Below are positions 59,816 through 64,000 of a stretch of 64,000 bases of DNA, one piece after another. A program made the translations under genes and the position numbers. The notes beneath the pieces are model-generated. The model was given only the letters and a program-made list of their open reading frames with translations. It was not told the DNA's origin and did not search any database. How positions within the stretch are numbered: the first letter of the stretch is position 1; each line of letters starts with the position of its first letter. This stretch comes from Thermodesulfobacteriota bacterium (GTDB lineage: Bacteria > Desulfobacterota_D > UBA1144 > Nemesobacterales > UBA2774), in contig OZ244197.1 in assembly GCA_965216785.1 (NCBI GenBank), positions 192,001 through 256,000 on the forward strand, in the 5' to 3' direction.

Positions 59816-60919
59816 TTATTTTCTAACAGCGCGTTGTCTCATCATCTGAACTGCTTCTGGGTCCGATATAATTCGTTTCAGCTCCTCGGGTTCCTGCGAT
59901 TTATTTATTGCGTCCTCATAGGTTATAAGTTTTCTCAGATATAGATCGGACAAACTTTGATTGAGCGTCTGCATCTTCCACTTCTCCTGCCCGATCTGCT
60001 GCTGGGAATAGATCTGGTGCACTTTATCTTCACGGATGAGGTTTCTGATGGCCGGGTTGGGCGTAAGCACTTCAACCGCCAACACCCTGCCGCCTCCTAT
60101 TTTGGGAATAAGCGTCTGACACATAATCCCCTCGAGCACAAAAGAGAGCTGCGCCCTTACCTGGGCCTGCTCATGAGGAGGGAAAACGTCAATCACACGG
60201 TTTATGGTCTGTACCGCGGTATTGGTATGAAGCGTAGCGAGAGTCAAGTGACCGGTTTCAGAAAGTGTCAGCGCAATTTTAATAGTCTCAAGGTCCCTCA
60301 TTTCTCCTATTAGAATAACGTCCGGGTCTTCTCTGAGCACGCTCCTTAAAGCATTTGCAAAGCTTTTCGTATCACTCCCGATCTCCCTTTGGTTAACAAT
60401 GCAGTTCTTGTGCTGGAAAACGTACTCGATCGGGTCCTCTATGGTAACAATATGCTCGTAGCGCTCCCTGTTTACCTGATCCACCATACTGGCAAGGGTC
60501 GTTGTCTTACCCGAGCCCGTAGGACCGGTTATCAGAATAAGCCCTCTGGGCTTGCGGGCAAACTCGCTGGTCACGGCCGGGAGCCCGAGCTCCTGATAAT
60601 TCCGAATATTCGCAGGCAGAAGCCTAAAAGCGCCTGCAATCGCTCCCCTCTGAGTAAACACATTGCCCCTGAATCGGCCCAAAGCTTCTTTACCGAAGGA
60701 GAAATCAAGCTCCCAATTTTCTTCAAATCGGTGTTTTTGCACGTCTGTAAGAACGCTGTAACATAGCTCCTTGGTCTCCGGCGGAGTCAGCGCGGGATGC
60801 TTGAGCGGGACGAGCTTGCCGTCGACCCTGAGCATAGGGGGCACGCCTGCCGTAATATGTAAATCAGACGAATCATTTTCAACCATTACATTTAATAATT
60901 GATCCAGTACAACACCCAT
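59816..60919 (-). CDS. pilT: Type IV pilus retraction ATPase PilT
   Basis: SDLH, GPTGSGKTT, LREDPDVILIGEMRD, AIRNLIRE. Confidence 0.97.
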   Translation of the reverse strand: MGVVLDQLLNVMVENDSSDLHITAGVPPMLRVDGKLVPLKHPALTPPETKELCYSVLTDVQKHRFEENWELDFSFGKEALGRFRGNVFTQRGAIAGAFRLLPANIRNYQELGLPAVTSEFARKPRGLILITGPTGSGKTTTLASMVDQVNRERYEHIVTIEDPIEYVFQHKNCIVNQREIGSDTKSFANALRSVLREDPDVILIGEMRDLETIKIALTLSETGHLTLATLHTNTAVQTINRVIDVFPPHEQAQVRAQLSFVLEGIMCQTLIPKIGGGRVLAVEVLTPNPAIRNLIREDKVHQIYSQQQIGQEKWKMQTLNQSLSDLYLRKLITYEDAINKSQEPEELKRIISDPEAVQMMRQRAVRK

Positions 60920-60934
60920 TTATCATATCCTCCG

Positions 60935-62689
60935 TCATTCGTCGGCGGTCGTATTCCTGACCACCTCTTCTATAGATGTTATCCCGTGCTTAAGCTTCTC
61001 AAGCGCGCTCTGCCTGAGCGTTCTCATACCCTGACGTATTGCCTCTCGTTTTATCTCCAGCGCTGAAGCTCCGCTAAGGACAAATTCCTTAAGCTCTTCG
61101 GTCATGTCCATAACTTCATATATTGCAACCCTTCCTTTATAGCCCGTACCAGAGCAGGTCTTACACCCCTCTCCCTTACCCTTGTAAACTATGTAGTCCG
61201 ATACTTCTTTAGGTGCAACCCCAAGGTCTATCAATACCTGGGGAGCAACATCCGCCTCGTGGCGGCACTCGGGGCATACCACCCTGACAAGCCTCTGTGC
61301 CACAACAGAGTTTAGAGACGCCGTTACGAGAAACGGCTCGACACCCATGTTTAGGAGTCTTGTTATAGTTGACGGTGCATCATTGGTATGAAGCGTGGAT
61401 AGAACGAGGTGACCCGTAAGTGCGGATTTAATTGCAATCTCCGCTGTCTCATAGTCCCTGATCTCTCCGACGAGAATTATGTCGGGATCCTGTCTTAAGA
61501 ACGATCTTAGGCAAGACGCGAAGGAGAGTCCTATTTCTTCGTGTGTCTGTACCTGGTTAACCCCGGGCAGACTGTACTCCACGGGGTCTTCAGCCGTTGA
61601 TATATTGACATCGGCCCTGTTTAGCTCCATTAGACTTGAGTACAGAGATGTGGTCTTACCACTCCCCGTGGGTCCTGTGATCAGAACCATTCCGTAAGGC
61701 TGGTATATAGTTTCCCTAAAAACCTCTAATTGCTGGTCTTCAAATCCAAGCTTTGTCAGATCTAGCTGAAGCGAATCCTGGTCGAGTATTCTTAATACAA
61801 CCTTTTCTCCGAATATAGTGGGAACTACCGAAACACGGTATTCCATGGTTTTATTATTAGGAAGCTTTACCTTAATTCGCCCGTCCTGGGGTAGTCTCCG
61901 CTCCGCTATATCGAGGTTTGACATAACCTTGATTCTTGATGAAAGTGCGTTTTTTAGCTTGAGAGGTGGGCTCATAATATCATATAGCACACCGTCAATT
62001 CTATATCTGATGCGAAGGTCCTTCTCGTAGGGTTCTATGTGAATATCGCTTGCTTCTTTTCTGTAGGAATCAACCAGAACATGGTTTACGAGTTTTATTA
62101 CGGGGGCTTCTTCCGAAGCTTTTTCCAAGTCGTTTATATCGATATCTTCTTCACTGGAAATCTCGATCATAAAATCGTCCAGGTCCCCAAGCAGTCTATC
62201 TACGGCTTCGGTGGATTCGCGCTCCTGCACGGCATCTTCCCAGTCCTTTTGGGAGCCGTAGTACTTTTCAATAGAATTTTTTACTGATCGCTCGGATGTA
62301 ACTACTACGTCAATATAATTTCCGGTCGCGAATTTAAGATCGTCCACTGCGAATATGTTGGAAGGGTCGGACATTGCCACCGTGAGAGTAGAGCCGTTTT
62401 TACTTATCGGGATAAGTTTATGTTTTATTGCAGATTCCCTGGTTACGCATTTAAGCGCTTCTTCTGAGATATCCATCTTATCCAGATTAACAGTGGGCAC
62501 ACCGTATTGCTTGCTTAGATATGCAACAAGCTGAGGTTCGTCTATATAACCCAGGTTAAGCAGTGTCTCACCAAGTCTCTTCCCTGTCTCACGCTGTTCC
62601 TGTATCGCAGACTTTAGCTGATCAAGGTTTATTACGTCTTCCTTAATCAGTATGTCGCCCATTTGTGCACTTACTTTCTGCTCTTTCAT
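60935..62689 (-). CDS. pilB: Type IV pilus assembly ATPase PilB
   Basis: MshEN-like N-terminus, ASDIHIEP, GPTGSGKTT, LRQDPD, CPEC...CKTC. Confidence 0.96.
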   Translation of the reverse strand: MKEQKVSAQMGDILIKEDVINLDQLKSAIQEQRETGKRLGETLLNLGYIDEPQLVAYLSKQYGVPTVNLDKMDISEEALKCVTRESAIKHKLIPISKNGSTLTVAMSDPSNIFAVDDLKFATGNYIDVVVTSERSVKNSIEKYYGSQKDWEDAVQERESTEAVDRLLGDLDDFMIEISSEEDIDINDLEKASEEAPVIKLVNHVLVDSYRKEASDIHIEPYEKDLRIRYRIDGVLYDIMSPPLKLKNALSSRIKVMSNLDIAERRLPQDGRIKVKLPNNKTMEYRVSVVPTIFGEKVVLRILDQDSLQLDLTKLGFEDQQLEVFRETIYQPYGMVLITGPTGSGKTTSLYSSLMELNRADVNISTAEDPVEYSLPGVNQVQTHEEIGLSFASCLRSFLRQDPDIILVGEIRDYETAEIAIKSALTGHLVLSTLHTNDAPSTITRLLNMGVEPFLVTASLNSVVAQRLVRVVCPECRHEADVAPQVLIDLGVAPKEVSDYIVYKGKGEGCKTCSGTGYKGRVAIYEVMDMTEELKEFVLSGASALEIKREAIRQGMRTLRQSALEKLKHGITSIEEVVRNTTADE

Positions 62690-62888
62690 ATTTTAGTCTC
62701 TGCCTTGTAACGTTATTATGTAAATTTCCTGTGTAAGTTTCTCTTTAGTGCCGGGAATAATGTCTAAATAGGGATTATAAACAGCAAAGCCCAGAACAAA
62801 TTAGTCATATTCCCCCTTAATTTAATGAGATTTTCACTTGAAAACCTCATTTATCAAGTATATTCCGAGTCTTACGCTACTATTATGA

Positions 62889-62904
62889 AGCAATATCTAT
62901 GCCA
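62889..62904 (-). promoter_or_regulatory. Sigma54 promoter upstream of pilB
   Basis: TGGCAT-AGATA-TTGCT; TGT-N11-ACA at 63034-63050. Confidence 0.6.
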
Positions 62905-63132
62905 TTGTAGATTATCTCCCCAGTTCTCTTATAACTCACTATTAAAAAAGAGAATTCTTATGAATTTGGACAAAGTAGGACAAGATTCCATGAACAGTTA
63001 TGACGAATATTGTAAAAAATAGGAGACTTAATTTGTCATAATTGGTAACATTTCCGATTATCCCCGCAATTAAAGAACAATTGAGCGCACCAACGGATAT
63101 AAAAAGCCGCAGCTTCAGGTAGAATATCGCGC

Positions 63133-64000
63133 ATGTCCGATAACGGTATAGTAAAAATCATAGGCGGGGGCTTGGCCGGATCAGAGGCCGCATATCAGGC
63201 TTCCAAGCTTGGAGTTAGAGTGGTGCTCTTTGAGATGAGGCCCGAAGTGCACTCACCTGCCCATAATTCAGGGGATCTTGCTGAGCTTGTATGCAGTAAC
63301 TCTCTAAAGTCCGATTCCCTTGACAACGCAAGCGGCATACTCAAAGAGGAAATGAGGCGCCTTGGCTCGCTCATTATAGAGGCGGCTGACAATACACGTG
63401 TTCCGGCGGGAAAGGCGCTTGCGGTAGACCGCCTTAAATTTTCTGACTATATAACTGAAAAAATAGAGAAAAACCCGCTCATCGAAGTGATAAAAAAAGA
63501 AATCGAATCTGTACAATCCATAAAGAGCGAGCTCGGCGGACCGTTAATAATCTCATCCGGACCACTGACATCACCCTCTCTTTCAGAAAGTATAAGAGAG
63601 CTCACAGATTCTGAGCATTTATATTTTTATGACGCCATATCACCTATCATTGACGCAGAATCGATAGACTACGACGTTGTTTTTAGAGCGTCTAGGTACG
63701 ACAACGGCCAGGACAGTGAGGGCGATTACCTAAATTGCCCTCTGAACAAAGAGCAGTATTACAGACTCACTCAGGAATTAGAGGGGGCGGAAAAGATTGA
63801 GACAAGGGATTTTGAGAAGGGGATTTACTTTGAGAGCTGTCTGCCTGTGGAAGTGATAGTTGAAAGAGGAAAGGACACTCTCCGTTTCGGCCCGGCAAGA
63901 CCTGTCGGAATAATTGACCCAAAGACTGGCCAATCACCTTTTGCCGTTGTGCAGCTTAGGGCTGAAAACTCAGGGTTTACAATGTACAACATGGTAGGAT
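63133..64000 (+). CDS. trmFO: Folate/FAD-dependent tRNA (uracil-5-)-methyltransferase TrmFO (runs off window; absent from the ORF track)
   Basis: MSDNGIVKIIGGGLAGSEAAYQ...EMRP...AELVCSNSL...VPAGKALAVDR...FYDAISPII...DYLNCP...FESCLPVE. Confidence 0.95.
   Translation, partial: MSDNGIVKIIGGGLAGSEAAYQASKLGVRVVLFEMRPEVHSPAHNSGDLAELVCSNSLKSDSLDNASGILKEEMRRLGSLIIEAADNTRVPAGKALAVDRLKFSDYITEKIEKNPLIEVIKKEIESVQSIKSELGGPLIISSGPLTSPSLSESIRELTDSEHLYFYDAISPIIDAESIDYDVVFRASRYDNGQDSEGDYLNCPLNKEQYYRLTQELEGAEKIETRDFEKGIYFESCLPVEVIVERGKDTLRFGPARPVGIIDPKTGQSPFAVVQLRAENSGFTMYNMVG

Noticed and set aside
62825-63022. 65-aa ORF in the pilB-trmFO intergenic region
   Set aside because: AT-rich, no RBS or recognisable motif, and overlaps the predicted sigma54 promoter
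63195-63516. Minus-strand ORFs near the window end
   Set aside because: Antisense to the truncated trmFO, which the ORF track missed because it has no stop in the window

Overview
This is a bacterial chromosomal segment. Its pilBTC-pilSR and pilMNOPQ synteny, GEMM riboswitch and sigma54 promoters point to a Desulfobacterota/deltaproteobacteria-related lineage, possibly Ca. Dadabacteria-like (inference only). Core genes: gyrA, mtgA, JAB-DinG, rnr, an ICM-type acyl-CoA mutase pair with TetR, two type IV pilus operons, amt plus porin, miaB, partial trmFO, tRNA-Ser(CGA) and tRNA-Phe(GAA). The best candidate for an undescribed system is the co-oriented ~15 kb locus at 11256-26264. It encodes a Cys-CTERM-anchored S8/S53-like protease, three NPP-type and three membrane-bound Thr-motif 'sulfatase-like' alkaline-phosphatase-superfamily enzymes, a 66-aa ribbon-helix-helix protein carrying the same C-terminal LKxLGY(I/L) tail as the sulfatase-like enzymes, a frameshifted relic of a fourth paralog, and a DUF106/EMC3(Oxa1)-like membrane protein. 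Other highlights: a structured repeat family with compensatory base changes (44-bp tandem array filling the miaB leader, plus dispersed copies before the porin and tRNA-Phe), a c-di-GMP-I riboswitch before pilM, and a KDPG-aldolase homolog lacking its catalytic residues. All calls come from motif reading by eye; no database searches were run.
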